Virus record (IMG/VR): IMGVR_UViG_3300027518_000004
Reading direction: 5' to 3' (one strand)
From: a virus
DNA: 64,000 nt
Position 1 is the stretch's first letter. The number at the start of each line of letters is the position of its first letter. The translations under genes were made by a program, and so were the position numbers. Under the pieces are notes generated by a model. That model was not told where the DNA came from. It searched no databases and saw nothing but the letters and a program-made list of their open reading frames with translations. This document shows positions 1 to 10,655 of the stretch, piece after piece.

Positions 1-2
1 AT

Positions 3-3000
3 AACGTAACTGGAGCGCCTTATATTGGCCTCGGGACAGATGGTTATGTTAGTTTAATTGATGCTAGAATTGGAATTGATTCAAGTGTTTCTGTTGGAAC
101 AACTATTGGCGTAGCCAGAGTTTATGACTTTATTCCAGAGTCCAACTATACAAACAAAACAAGTATTTTAGATTTAAGATTATTTGATATACAGACATTT
201 ACCAAAATAAATCTTACGGCTGACATTACACAATCGCGGCCTGCGCATATAAAAGGACGCAGAAGTAATGCATCTGGATTTTTATATTCCAATGTCTCAA
301 ATAGCAAAGAATTAATTTTATATCAACTTTCTGGTCAGTTCTTAGAAAATGAGCCCATTACTATCAATGGAATAAATGATGGAAGACTAATAGACAGTAT
401 TACTGATTACAATATTTCTGATGTAAAATCAATTTATTCAAAAGTTGGGTTAACCACTTTTAACGCAGATTTAATTTTAGATAATAAAAATTTTATTGCG
501 CCTTCCGGTACTCAATTTAATATTACAGCAAGTTCTGGTGTTAGTACTATTTCGGCTGGCCTTGATATAAACTTTTCCAACATAATTAAGCCAGGTGATA
601 TTGTTAGCTATTCTTTACCCGAAGTTAATAGGGTAATCTACAATAAAGTTGCGGCGGTTTCTGCTGGTGGCACATCATTTTCAGTCACAGGTGTCACTAC
701 AGTTACTGGAGTTTGTGATGGTAGGTTGCCTGCTTCGGCTGTAACTGTAACTAATGTCTTAAAGTTAGGTGGATCAATATATTCAAAAGACTCTTCTTTA
801 ACAACAAAATTAAAAAATTCAAATATATCTTCTATCAGTTTAGATAGTAGTGAGATAAAACAAAGAAGAGTTTTTAATAACCAAACAGTAGCTGCTGGAG
901 CTATATCATTAACAATAACTGATGATGATGTATTTTTTGATTCGTTTGATGAAGATAAGTATTGTATAATTTATTCTAACGGCATCATTGAGCCTCTTAG
1001 AAGAGATAAGTTTTCTTTTGTTGGTTCATCTGGAAAACAAATTAGTTTTATAAATTTAAGTCAACCAAACGGCACAACAGCAAAAGTAATAACAACAGTA
1101 AAGAACATTAAACCTAATTCAAAAAATAAAAAATTAAATAAAGTCAGTACTGTTGTTGTCTCGGGCTCAAAATATTCGTCATCTGGCATAGGAACAACAA
1201 CTTTTAACGACGGGCTTACATTTAACACGGTATATGGAACACGGGTTCAAGATGATGAAATAAGTTTAAACGTCCCTGATGTGCTTAGAGTTTTGGCAGT
1301 TTATGAGTCAAGTGATACTTCTAATCCAAAATTACCCACACTACAAATAACTTCTTTTAGTGGTCCGAGTAATGGAACGCAAGATTTATTTATTGGAGAG
1401 CAAATTACCGGAAAATCTTCAGGAGCCGTAGCCTTAGTAGTAAGTAAAATTGATTCTGTTGAGATTGAATATGTTTATTTAAATTCTTTTACGTTTAGTG
1501 AAGGAGAAGTAGTTGAAACTAAAGATTCTAAAATACAAGCCGTTATTTTAGTCAAAACTTTAGGTGATAGAAATATTACCCAAAATTTTATATTCGATAA
1601 TGGTCAGCGAGAGAGCATTTTAGATTATTCCAGAATAATAAGAAAGCGTAATGTAAGCGAGCCAAAAAATAAATTAAAGATTGTATTTCAAAATTATACA
1701 ATTGATTCCAGTGATTCTGGAGAATTTGTAACTGTCAATAGTTATCAATCTGAAGATTTTAAACACGATATTCCATATTTTAATAACGAACGTGTTTCAG
1801 ACTTTATTGATATTAGACCAAGAGTTGCTTCATATACACCTAACTCAAGATCACCATTTGAATTTGATTCAAGAAATTTCTCTGGAGATGGTCAATATTC
1901 TAATTATGTTTTAGCACCAGATGAAAATCTTATTCTGACTTATTCTTATTATGTTCCAAGAATAGATGTTGTATTTTTAAACCCTGATGGAACATTTGAA
2001 GTAGTCCAAGGAAAGCCAGGACAAAGACCTCAGTTACCGGAATTTAAAACAAATGCTTTTGATGTGGCTGTTGTAAACATACCTCCTTATGTTTATGATG
2101 TAAAAAATATTAATGTGAATATGTCAGTTCATAAAAGATATACTATGGACGATATATCATTACTTGAAGATAGAATTAGTAGAGTCGAAGAATTTACTGT
2201 TCTTTCTGCTCTTGAAAATAAAACAGAAAATTTTGTAATTAAGGATGCGGAGACCGGATTAGATCGATTTAAATGTGGTTTCTTTGTCGATGATTTTAAG
2301 AGTCATGCTTATCATGATTTACAAAACCCTGGCTTTAAAGCAGCCATTGATAAGCAAAGAAAGATGTTAAGGCCGTTGCATTATACTACTTCATTAGATT
2401 TGCAACTAGGCTCAAATGCTATCGCTGATTTTACTGAGAATTATGATGCAAATATTGATCAAAGTTTTGTTGAAGATTTAGGCTCACCTGGGATTAAAAA
2501 AACTGGTGATTTAATTACTCTAAATTATACCGAAGTTGAATATGATAAACAGCTTCTAGCAACAAAAACAATAAGCGTAACTGAATTTTTAGTTAGGTAT
2601 TGGAATGGATTACTTCAGTTAAATCCATCAATAGACACTTGGGTAGATCCTAGGGCAATAAAAACCACCAGTTTTAATGAAATAAAAACTACTAAAAAGC
2701 GGCTTCCAGATTTAAATATAACGGTGGTAAACGATGAAGTAGAAAATAAAGTTGTAAACCGGCGAGATCCTAGTCCCCAGAGTGGAATTGACCCATTTGA
2801 TTGGCTAGATAATGCTAGAAAGAGAATTTCTAGAGGTGGAATATTTGGAGCAGTTGGCAATAAAGATAGAAAAGCCTTAGTTATAGGGAAAAATACAAAA
2901 AATCAAGTAAGAACTTTAGAAATAGTTAAAGACAACACTATCAGAATCGATGGCCTCCACTGGAAAGATACTGATTTAGAACTTCTTTCAAAATATGTTC

Positions 3001-6000
3001 CGACAGATGTTGCCGAACAGTTTATAACAAGAATGAACGAAGACGGAGTAAGTAAGGGTGGATTTTTAGAATTCACCCCAGGCGGTTCAGTAAAAGATAG
3101 AAATACAAGTACGACAACTAAATCTGAAACTAGTATAAAAACTTTAATTACCCCAGAAAAAATATCAGAAAAAGAATCTGTTTCTACTTCAGTTTCAGAG
3201 TATACACAACCTATTAGGTTTTTACGTAGCCGAAATATTGAGTTTGATGCAAGGGGCTTAAAACCAAGAACTGTATTTTATCCTTTTTTTCAGGGAGTTA
3301 AAATTAGTTCTTACATTACTCCTAAGTTACTTGAAATTGAAATGATTTCAGGGTCTTTTGATATCGGAGAAACCATAAATACTGATCCAACTTTTATTGA
3401 AAATAGAATATCATTTAGACTATGTGCTCCAAATCATAAATCTGGACCTTCTCGTAATCCTTCTGAAACCTTTGAATTTAATCCGTATAATCAACAACCA
3501 TTTGAAGAAAGATATACAAGAAGTTCAGATATTCTAAATGTTGATACTCGCTCCCTTCAGCTTGATTCTGAAAGTAAATTTTATGGCCAAGTAGTACCAA
3601 ATATGGTATTGGTTGGAAAGACTTCTGGTGCAAGGGCTCTTGTAAAAAGAGTAAGATTAGTTTCAGATAACAGTGGAACCCTTATTGGCTCATTTTATGT
3701 TCCTGATCCAAATATAAGAGGTAATCCTACTTGGATTAACGGAGAAAATACTTTTACCCTTATTGATACTCAATCCTTAGATGAGTTAAAATTAGTAGAA
3801 GTTATACCTAATTCTCAGATCAATGAAAGTAGCGCAGAGGCAACATTCTCATCTTCTGGTACTCAAGATATTAAGGAAACAAATATTCAAACGACCAGAA
3901 ATATTGTAATAAGACCTTCTAGGAATATTAATAAAACAACTATCAATAATGCTCCAGATACAGTAAGAATATCTCAACCATACGATCCGGTAGCTCAATC
4001 TTTTTATGTTAGAGAAGAGTCTGGTGTATTTTTAACTTCGGTTGATGTGTTCTTTGAAACTAAGGACGAAGATAATATTCCTGTTACGCTGCAGATAAGG
4101 CCCCTAATTGGTGGCGTTCCTAGTAATGTGGTAATTCCTTTCTCTGAGGTGACACTCACGCCAAATAAAATAAATATTTCTACTAAAGGGACAGTTGCAA
4201 CTAGATTTACCTTCCCATCTCCAGTTTATCTCCAAGGTCCTACTCAAAAAACCGTAAGACAATCACCAATAGCAAGTGAAACACAGGCTGAGTACGCGAT
4301 TGTAATATTATCAAATAGTCCCAATTACAGAGTTTTTGTAACTGAACTTAATCAAGAGGATTTAATTTCAGGAATCAAAGTTTCCAATCAAAACCAAACT
4401 ACTCTCGGAAGTCTATTTAAGTCTCAGAATGGAACTGTTTGGACACCTTCCCAATTGGAGGATTTAAAATATGTAATAAATCGTGCAGATTTTGTGAATG
4501 AAGGTCTAGTCAGATTCTTTAACCCCGAACTTGGTTTTGGTAATAAGCAGCTTACTATAACTGGCTCAAATCAAATAGAATTTTTATCTAAGAAAATTTC
4601 AGTTGGTTTAGGTTCCACTGGTTATTCATCCGAAGTTCAACCGGGCGTGACTATAAAACAAGGTTCTTCTTCCGGGACCCTAATAGGAATTGGCGGCAGT
4701 ATAACAACTGGGGCAGGCGTTGGAATTATTACAACCAATGCTGGGTTTGGTTATACAAATGGAACATTCTCCAGTGTTCAATTAGTTACTGAAACTGGTT
4801 TTGGTAACGGCGCAGTAGCAACAATTGAAATTACTAACAATGTCATAAACTCAGTCAATATCACTTCTGGAGGAAATGGTTACTCGGTTGGAGATTCTCT
4901 TATCGTGCCACCGTTAGGACAAGGTGTTGGCTTTGGTGGAAAATTAACTGTTTCCCAAATAAAATCAGCTAATACTTTTATCTTAGATGAAGTTCAGGGT
5001 AACTTTACGGTAGGATTAACAACAGTATATTATGTCAATTCTTCTGGGGTTGATACTATTGCTGGAGCCGGAGTCACAGTAAAATCAATAACTGAAGACC
5101 AATATTACGATGGCCTTCATATGAAAGTATATCAAGAAAACCACTGTATGCATTCATTTGAAAACGTTGTTCAAATAAGCGAATTTAGGCCATCAAATAA
5201 TGGCACTAATACTAAATTATCAGCTGATCTTGATAGAACAGAAAATGCAACGATTCCAGTAGTTTCAACTAGTGGGTTTGAGACATTTGAGGGTCTCAGT
5301 GTTAGTGCTCTAAACCCAGGTTATGTGATAATCGGGGAAGAAGTTATACAATACACTGGCATCTCTGGCAATACGTTAACTGGTGTGACCAGAGCAATAG
5401 ACTCTACTGATAGAAATACATATAAAAACAATACTCGCGTTTACAAATATGAATACAATGGGATTTCGTTAAGAAGAATTAATAAAATTCATAATTTTGC
5501 TGAAGTAGACCCCAATAGTACGGGTAAATTTAAAATAGACCTAAACAGCTATTTTATAAAAATCGATACCTCCGACACAGACTTTTTAAATAATACAATT
5601 GGTGTAAATAGAGAAAATAATTTATACTTTAAAAAGAATATTCAAGGTGGTTCTTCTGGTATTGTTATATCTAACAATATACAATATGAATCAATATCTC
5701 CAGATATTTCTTATCTCATCCCCCCTAAAACTGATATTTCATCTAGAATAAGAACCTTTACTGGCACTAGCGTAGGTGGAAATGAGAAATCTTTTGTTGA
5801 TAGGGGGTTTGAGGACATTGTTTTAGATGAGCAAATTTATTTTGATGAGCCAAAGATTATTTGTTCAGAAGTTAATGCTGAAAAATTTATCACTGAGGCT
5901 CCTGGGAATAGATCTCTTACTTTTGAAATGTTATTCACAACTAGAGATTCTAAAGTATCTCCTGTTGTAGATATGGTTAATTCTGCTGTTACATTATCAT

Positions 6001-6503
6001 CTAACCTAATTAATAATCCTAATGGAATAGGAGAAGAAGCAAATTATGCTGCTGATACAAACGTAAGAAGCATTACAAAAGATGAGCACTCGACTATATA
6101 CATTTCAAAACCAGTAAGTCTCAAAATTCCTGCTAATTCTATTAAAGTTATTATCAGTGCAAGTAGAAATGATCTAAATGATGTTAGAGTTCTCTATCAA
6201 ATCTTCAGAGAAGATGAGCAAAACGAAACACCCAGATTCAATTTATTCCCTGGGTATTCTAATTATCAAGTGGATGGGTTTGAAATAAAGAGAATCACCG
6301 ACAAGTCTTTAAACGATGGTTCAGCTGACTCTAACGTAAAAGAAACATCTGATCGTTCTTTTAAAGACTATGAATACTCTATTGATGACCTACCAGATTT
6401 TACTGCCTTTGCTATTAAAATAGTTATGGCAAGTAGTAATCAGGCAACTCCTCCACTGATTAAAGACCTAAGGGCAATCGCCACCGCTAAACCGAAATTA
6501 TAA
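3..6503 (+). CDS. Large virion structural protein, DUF4815-type (baseplate/tail associated), 5'-partial
   Basis: The frame is open from nt 3 (NVTGAPYIGLG...) through the TTG at 726 used by the ORF track, so the true start lies upstream of the window. It contains the LEDRISRVEEFTVLSALE...GLDRFKCGFFVDDF block typical of these cyanophage proteins and lies directly before gp13. Confidence 0.8.
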   Translation, partial: NVTGAPYIGLGTDGYVSLIDARIGIDSSVSVGTTIGVARVYDFIPESNYTNKTSILDLRLFDIQTFTKINLTADITQSRPAHIKGRRSNASGFLYSNVSNSKELILYQLSGQFLENEPITINGINDGRLIDSITDYNISDVKSIYSKVGLTTFNADLILDNKNFIAPSGTQFNITASSGVSTISAGLDINFSNIIKPGDIVSYSLPEVNRVIYNKVAAVSAGGTSFSVTGVTTVTGVCDGRLPASAVTVTNVLKLGGSIYSKDSSLTTKLKNSNISSISLDSSEIKQRRVFNNQTVAAGAISLTITDDDVFFDSFDEDKYCIIYSNGIIEPLRRDKFSFVGSSGKQISFINLSQPNGTTAKVITTVKNIKPNSKNKKLNKVSTVVVSGSKYSSSGIGTTTFNDGLTFNTVYGTRVQDDEISLNVPDVLRVLAVYESSDTSNPKLPTLQITSFSGPSNGTQDLFIGEQITGKSSGAVALVVSKIDSVEIEYVYLNSFTFSEGEVVETKDSKIQAVILVKTLGDRNITQNFIFDNGQRESILDYSRIIRKRNVSEPKNKLKIVFQNYTIDSSDSGEFVTVNSYQSEDFKHDIPYFNNERVSDFIDIRPRVASYTPNSRSPFEFDSRNFSGDGQYSNYVLAPDENLILTYSYYVPRIDVVFLNPDGTFEVVQGKPGQRPQLPEFKTNAFDVAVVNIPPYVYDVKNINVNMSVHKRYTMDDISLLEDRISRVEEFTVLSALENKTENFVIKDAETGLDRFKCGFFVDDFKSHAYHDLQNPGFKAAIDKQRKMLRPLHYTTSLDLQLGSNAIADFTENYDANIDQSFVEDLGSPGIKKTGDLITLNYTEVEYDKQLLATKTISVTEFLVRYWNGLLQLNPSIDTWVDPRAIKTTSFNEIKTTKKRLPDLNITVVNDEVENKVVNRRDPSPQSGIDPFDWLDNARKRISRGGIFGAVGNKDRKALVIGKNTKNQVRTLEIVKDNTIRIDGLHWKDTDLELLSKYVPTDVAEQFITRMNEDGVSKGGFLEFTPGGSVKDRNTSTTTKSETSIKTLITPEKISEKESVSTSVSEYTQPIRFLRSRNIEFDARGLKPRTVFYPFFQGVKISSYITPKLLEIEMISGSFDIGETINTDPTFIENRISFRLCAPNHKSGPSRNPSETFEFNPYNQQPFEERYTRSSDILNVDTRSLQLDSESKFYGQVVPNMVLVGKTSGARALVKRVRLVSDNSGTLIGSFYVPDPNIRGNPTWINGENTFTLIDTQSLDELKLVEVIPNSQINESSAEATFSSSGTQDIKETNIQTTRNIVIRPSRNINKTTINNAPDTVRISQPYDPVAQSFYVREESGVFLTSVDVFFETKDEDNIPVTLQIRPLIGGVPSNVVIPFSEVTLTPNKINISTKGTVATRFTFPSPVYLQGPTQKTVRQSPIASETQAEYAIVILSNSPNYRVFVTELNQEDLISGIKVSNQNQTTLGSLFKSQNGTVWTPSQLEDLKYVINRADFVNEGLVRFFNPELGFGNKQLTITGSNQIEFLSKKISVGLGSTGYSSEVQPGVTIKQGSSSGTLIGIGGSITTGAGVGIITTNAGFGYTNGTFSSVQLVTETGFGNGAVATIEITNNVINSVNITSGGNGYSVGDSLIVPPLGQGVGFGGKLTVSQIKSANTFILDEVQGNFTVGLTTVYYVNSSGVDTIAGAGVTVKSITEDQYYDGLHMKVYQENHCMHSFENVVQISEFRPSNNGTNTKLSADLDRTENATIPVVSTSGFETFEGLSVSALNPGYVIIGEEVIQYTGISGNTLTGVTRAIDSTDRNTYKNNTRVYKYEYNGISLRRINKIHNFAEVDPNSTGKFKIDLNSYFIKIDTSDTDFLNNTIGVNRENNLYFKKNIQGGSSGIVISNNIQYESISPDISYLIPPKTDISSRIRTFTGTSVGGNEKSFVDRGFEDIVLDEQIYFDEPKIICSEVNAEKFITEAPGNRSLTFEMLFTTRDSKVSPVVDMVNSAVTLSSNLINNPNGIGEEANYAADTNVRSITKDEHSTIYISKPVSLKIPANSIKVIISASRNDLNDVRVLYQIFREDEQNETPRFNLFPGYSNYQVDGFEIKRITDKSLNDGSADSNVKETSDRSFKDYEYSIDDLPDFTAFAIKIVMASSNQATPPLIKDLRAIATAKPKL

Positions 6504-6505
6504 TT

Positions 6506-6727
6506 ATGACTTATTTAAAAGTAAAAGATAAAGATTATCTTCTTCGAGATGTTAATTCAAATGGGATAGTAAATAACGATGAAGTTGGCTATAAAAATTA
6601 TGTAAATAATTACATTAAACAAATAAGTTCTAAAAATAAAATGGAAGAACTTGAAAAGCAGGTAGATTGTATAAAAAATGATGTAAAAGAAATAAAAGAT
6701 CTTATTTTAAAATTATTAAATAGTTAA
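6506..6727 (+). CDS. Conserved small protein upstream of gp13 (C-terminal coiled coil)
   Basis: 73 aa, MTYLKVKDKDYLLRD...; tightly packed between the DUF4815 gene and gp13. Confidence 0.75.
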   Translation: MTYLKVKDKDYLLRDVNSNGIVNNDEVGYKNYVNNYIKQISSKNKMEELEKQVDCIKNDVKEIKDLILKLLNS

Positions 6728-6732
6728 AAAAA

Positions 6733-7551
6733 ATGGCAAAACCATCCTCCAGACAAGAACTAGTTGATTACTGTAAAAGAAAGCTCGGGGCGCCAGTCTT
6801 GGAAATTAATGTGGCTGAAGAACAGATCGATGATTTAGTTGATGATGCTATTCAATTTTTCCAAGAGAGGCATTTCGATGGAGTTGCTCAAACTATATTA
6901 AAATATGAAATAACCCAAGAAGATATTGATAGGGCAAGAGGAAAAACTGGTGAAGGAGTTACCTCTAAAGTTGGAATCGCAAAGACTTATACCTATAGAG
7001 AAAATTCTAATTATATTGAAATACCAGATCATATAATTGGTATCAATAAAATTTTTAAACTATTTGGCGGGAATAGTCTTGGTTATGGTATGTTTAATTT
7101 TAAATATCAGTTACTGTTAAATGATCTTTACTATTGGGGATCTACTGATATATTAACATACTTTATGGTCAAAAGATATCTTGAAGACCTTGATTGGATT
7201 TTAAGTCCAGATATCATGGTAAGATTTAATAAAAGAGATACTAAACTTTATATTGATATTGATTGGGCAACCGTTTCTCCTGGTAATATTTTACTTATTG
7301 ATTGTTATAGAGTTCTTGATCCAACAGACTCAACAAAAGTTTGGAATGATAGTTTTCTTAAGCAATATCTAACTTCCCTAATAAAAAGACAATGGGGCCA
7401 AAACTTAATTAAATTTAGAGGAGTAAAACTCCCAGGTGGAGTTGAATTAAATGGTCGAGAAATGTATGATGATGCCCAAAAAGAAATTGATGTATTAATG
7501 GAACGCATGAGTTCTACATATGAAGAACCCCCATATGACCTTATCGGATAA
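6733..7551 (+). CDS. gp13: Neck protein / head-tail adaptor gp13
   Basis: MAKPSSRQELVDYCKRKLGAPVLEINV... and IKRQWGQNLIKFRGVKLPGGVELNG motifs; synteny. Confidence 0.93.
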   Translation: MAKPSSRQELVDYCKRKLGAPVLEINVAEEQIDDLVDDAIQFFQERHFDGVAQTILKYEITQEDIDRARGKTGEGVTSKVGIAKTYTYRENSNYIEIPDHIIGINKIFKLFGGNSLGYGMFNFKYQLLLNDLYYWGSTDILTYFMVKRYLEDLDWILSPDIMVRFNKRDTKLYIDIDWATVSPGNILLIDCYRVLDPTDSTKVWNDSFLKQYLTSLIKRQWGQNLIKFRGVKLPGGVELNGREMYDDAQKEIDVLMERMSSTYEEPPYDLIG

Positions 7552-7554
7552 CCT

Positions 7555-8961
7555 ATGTTAAATCCATTTTTTCTTCAAGGATCTAAAACTGAACAAGGTC
7601 TTGTCCAAGATCTGATAAATGAGGCCATACAAATTCATGGAGTGGATGTTTATTATCTTCCTAGAGAATATGTGACAAAAAAGACTGTAATTAGAGAAGT
7701 AATAGAATCAAAATTTAGCAATACTTTTCCACTGGAAGCATATATTGATACCTATGAAGGATATGAAGGAGCCGGGGTACTTTTAAGTAAGTTTGGCATT
7801 CAACCAAATAATGATATTACGCTTATTATATCAAAGGAAAGATATGAAACTTATATTACTCCTCTAATTAAAAATATACCAAATATAAAATTACCAGACA
7901 GACCAAAAGAAGGTGACTTAATTTGGTTTCCTCTTGGTGATAGATTATTTGAGATAAAATTTGTTGAGCATGAAATACCATTCTACCAACTACAAAAAAC
8001 ATATGTTTATAATTTAAAGTGTGAACTCTTTAGATATCAAAATGAAACAATTGCCACTGGCATTGAGTTCATTGATGATAATACAAAAGAAGAAGGGTAC
8101 ATTGAGATTTATAATATGTTAGGTGTTGGAGCAACTGCATCTGCAACTGCTACAATAGTCAATGGTGGTGTCAGATTTGTTACTGTTACTAATAGAGGGG
8201 ATGGTTATAAAACCGCCCCTCAGGTTGCATTTTCTGATGCCCCGCCTGGTGGGGGAACTGCCACGGGTATCGCTTCTATGATTTCAGGTATTGTAGATCT
8301 ATGTGAACCTGATGAAACTCTTTTTAGGGTTCAGTCTGTTCAATTAACAAATACTGGTTTTGGTTATACTGTTGCTCCATCAGTATCATTTATAGGAGGA
8401 GGAGGTGGTGGCGCTCAGGCATTTGCAACCATAGGTGATGGTATTGTTGGAATTGTAAGTGTTACTAACGGTGGTTCTGGATTCTTGACCCCACCAAGTA
8501 TAACTTTTGTTGGAGCCGCAACAAGTTCAGCAATTGCTGTAGCAATATTAAATAATGGTTCTGTATCCGCAATTAATATGGTAGATGCTGGATTAGGATA
8601 TACAACTGCTCCAACAATAGTAATTCAATCTCCATATAGTGCAGGCGTTGGCACATATATCTTCAACGAACAAGTTGTTGGTAGTGCATCGAGTATGACT
8701 GCTAGAGTAAAAGATTGGAATGCACAAACATTAAAATTACAACTATCTAACTTATCTGGCCCATTTACCCCAGGAGAGTTAATTGTTGGCCAAGAATCTG
8801 GCGCTAGTTATCAAATTATAACTGGAAATCAATTATTAACATTAGACGAAAAATTTAATGATAGCATAGCAACAGATGGTTATACGCAAAATGATGATAT
8901 ACAAATAGCAGCAAACGAGATACTTGATTTTAGTGAGAGAAATCCATTCGGAGTGCCATAA
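7555..8961 (+). CDS. gp14: Neck protein / head closure gp14, with Gly-rich beta-repeat extension
   Basis: MLNPFFLQGS..EQGLVQDLINE, RPKEGDLIWFPL and C-terminal DFSERNPFG motifs. Confidence 0.92.
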   Translation: MLNPFFLQGSKTEQGLVQDLINEAIQIHGVDVYYLPREYVTKKTVIREVIESKFSNTFPLEAYIDTYEGYEGAGVLLSKFGIQPNNDITLIISKERYETYITPLIKNIPNIKLPDRPKEGDLIWFPLGDRLFEIKFVEHEIPFYQLQKTYVYNLKCELFRYQNETIATGIEFIDDNTKEEGYIEIYNMLGVGATASATATIVNGGVRFVTVTNRGDGYKTAPQVAFSDAPPGGGTATGIASMISGIVDLCEPDETLFRVQSVQLTNTGFGYTVAPSVSFIGGGGGGAQAFATIGDGIVGIVSVTNGGSGFLTPPSITFVGAATSSAIAVAILNNGSVSAINMVDAGLGYTTAPTIVIQSPYSAGVGTYIFNEQVVGSASSMTARVKDWNAQTLKLQLSNLSGPFTPGELIVGQESGASYQIITGNQLLTLDEKFNDSIATDGYTQNDDIQIAANEILDFSERNPFGVP

Positions 8962-10202
8962 TGTTTGAACATTTTTATTACGAAGCAATAAGAAAAACAG
9001 TAATCGCTTTTGGCACACTGTTTAATAACATTTACATCAAGCACAAGAATGATGCTGGGGATATTGTCTCAACTCAAAAAGTTTCTTTCGCATATGGTCC
9101 AACTCAAAAGTTTTTAGCCAGACTAGAGCAATCTCCAGATTTGAATAAACCAATTCAAATTACAACTCCTAGGATGTCTATGGAGATAGTAGGTTTGTCT
9201 TATGACTCCGCAAGAAAAGGTGGGACAATGCGGGCATTTACTTCTACTGATGATAATAATAAAACAAGAAAATCTTATCTACCAGTTCCGTATAATATTA
9301 ATTTTGAATTAAGTATTTTTACTAAACTAGAAGATGATATGTTCCAAATCGTGGAGCAGATTCTTCCTTATTTTCAACCACACTATACGATAACAATAAC
9401 TTTAATTGAAGAGATCAATGAAAAAAGAGATATAAAATTTACATTAGATAACATATCTCTTAGTGATAATTATGAGGGTAATTTTGAGCAAAGAAGAGCT
9501 TTAATCTGGACATTAAAGTTTACGGCAAAAACTTATATGTTCTTGCCTCTTTCTTCATCGATAGTAAAAGATCAATTAATACAAACGTTAAATGGCACAT
9601 TAAATTCTTCTACTCCTAATTTTGTTGGGGTTAGTACAGCTAATCTTCTCCCTGGTCTAATAATAAAGGGTAATTTAATAAAACCAAATACAGCAATAAC
9701 TTCTATAGGACAAACTGGAGTATTAATAAATGAGAGCCATCAAAAAACAAACGGAATAGAGTCTACTTCAATATCTTTTTATGATAGAACAATTTCTAAT
9801 TCTGTAGAATCTAGTATAATTAATAAAGTTACTATTGGGTTTGCTGCGGGCCAAAACTCAAATACCATAAACAATGATATTGATATCGTTGTAACTCCAA
9901 AAGCAATAAAAAATTATACCGGAACTGTTGTGACAACAGTTAAAAAAGATACTTCATCTGAAGAAACTTTAATATATGTTAATGATGTTTCTAATTTAAC
10001 CGCTAAATCACTAATTCAAATTAACAATGAGACTTTATACATTGAAAATGTCAACGACGATTCAATTAAAGTAATAAGAGGTCTTTACGAAACTAAGCCA
10101 CAATTACATGTGTTAGGTTCTGATGTATTAAATATAACTACAGTAGATAATAATCTAATCCCTCCAAATGATTTGTTGGGATTTGTAAGTAATTTTGTTT
10201 AA
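8961..10202 (+). CDS. gp15: Tail sheath stabiliser / tail terminator gp15
   Basis: MFEHFYYEAIRKTVIAFGTLFNNI, YGPTQKFLARL and PRMSMEI motifs. Confidence 0.92.
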   Translation: MFEHFYYEAIRKTVIAFGTLFNNIYIKHKNDAGDIVSTQKVSFAYGPTQKFLARLEQSPDLNKPIQITTPRMSMEIVGLSYDSARKGGTMRAFTSTDDNNKTRKSYLPVPYNINFELSIFTKLEDDMFQIVEQILPYFQPHYTITITLIEEINEKRDIKFTLDNISLSDNYEGNFEQRRALIWTLKFTAKTYMFLPLSSSIVKDQLIQTLNGTLNSSTPNFVGVSTANLLPGLIIKGNLIKPNTAITSIGQTGVLINESHQKTNGIESTSISFYDRTISNSVESSIINKVTIGFAAGQNSNTINNDIDIVVTPKAIKNYTGTVVTTVKKDTSSEETLIYVNDVSNLTAKSLIQINNETLYIENVNDDSIKVIRGLYETKPQLHVLGSDVLNITTVDNNLIPPNDLLGFVSNFV

Positions 10203-10653
10203 GGTTATGACTAAAAAATTTAAAGAATTGAATGATGCGTTTGACATTGAAGTTAAAAGTGAAGTTATCTCTTCGGCTATAGAACCAAAAAAAGAGGAAC
10301 TGGCCGAAAAATCCGACATCAAAAAAGACTACGAATATTCAAGAGCAACTTTAACTTCTTTGGTTGATAAAGGACAAGAGGCTATTAATGATATTCTTGA
10401 ATTAGCCAGGGAAACAGATTCTCCTAGAGCATACGAAGTAGTCGGCCAGTTAATTAAGACTGTGACTGATTCTGCTGAGAAGTTAATGGACGTTCAAAAG
10501 AAATTAAAAGATCTTGAACAAGAAAAAACTACAAACAACGTCACCAATAATGCGCTGTTTGTTGGAACTACTAATGAAGTTTTGAATATGCTAAAAAATG
10601 AATTAAAATTAAAGCCCAATAAAACCATAAATAATAAGAACAAACAAGAATAA
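10195..10653 (+). CDS. gp16: Terminase small subunit gp16
   Basis: DYEYSRATL...ELARETDSPRAYEV...NNALFVGTT motifs. Confidence 0.93.
   Translation: MFKVMTKKFKELNDAFDIEVKSEVISSAIEPKKEELAEKSDIKKDYEYSRATLTSLVDKGQEAINDILELARETDSPRAYEVVGQLIKTVTDSAEKLMDVQKKLKDLEQEKTTNNVTNNALFVGTTNEVLNMLKNELKLKPNKTINNKNKQE
10627..10633 (+). promoter_or_regulatory. T4-type late promoter ATAAATA
   Basis: 22 nt before the ATG at 10656. Confidence 0.65.
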
Positions 10654-10655
10654 AA

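Noticed and set aside
726-728. TTG start given by the ORF track for the first gene
   Set aside because: The frame is open and protein-like back to nt 3; the gene starts before the window.
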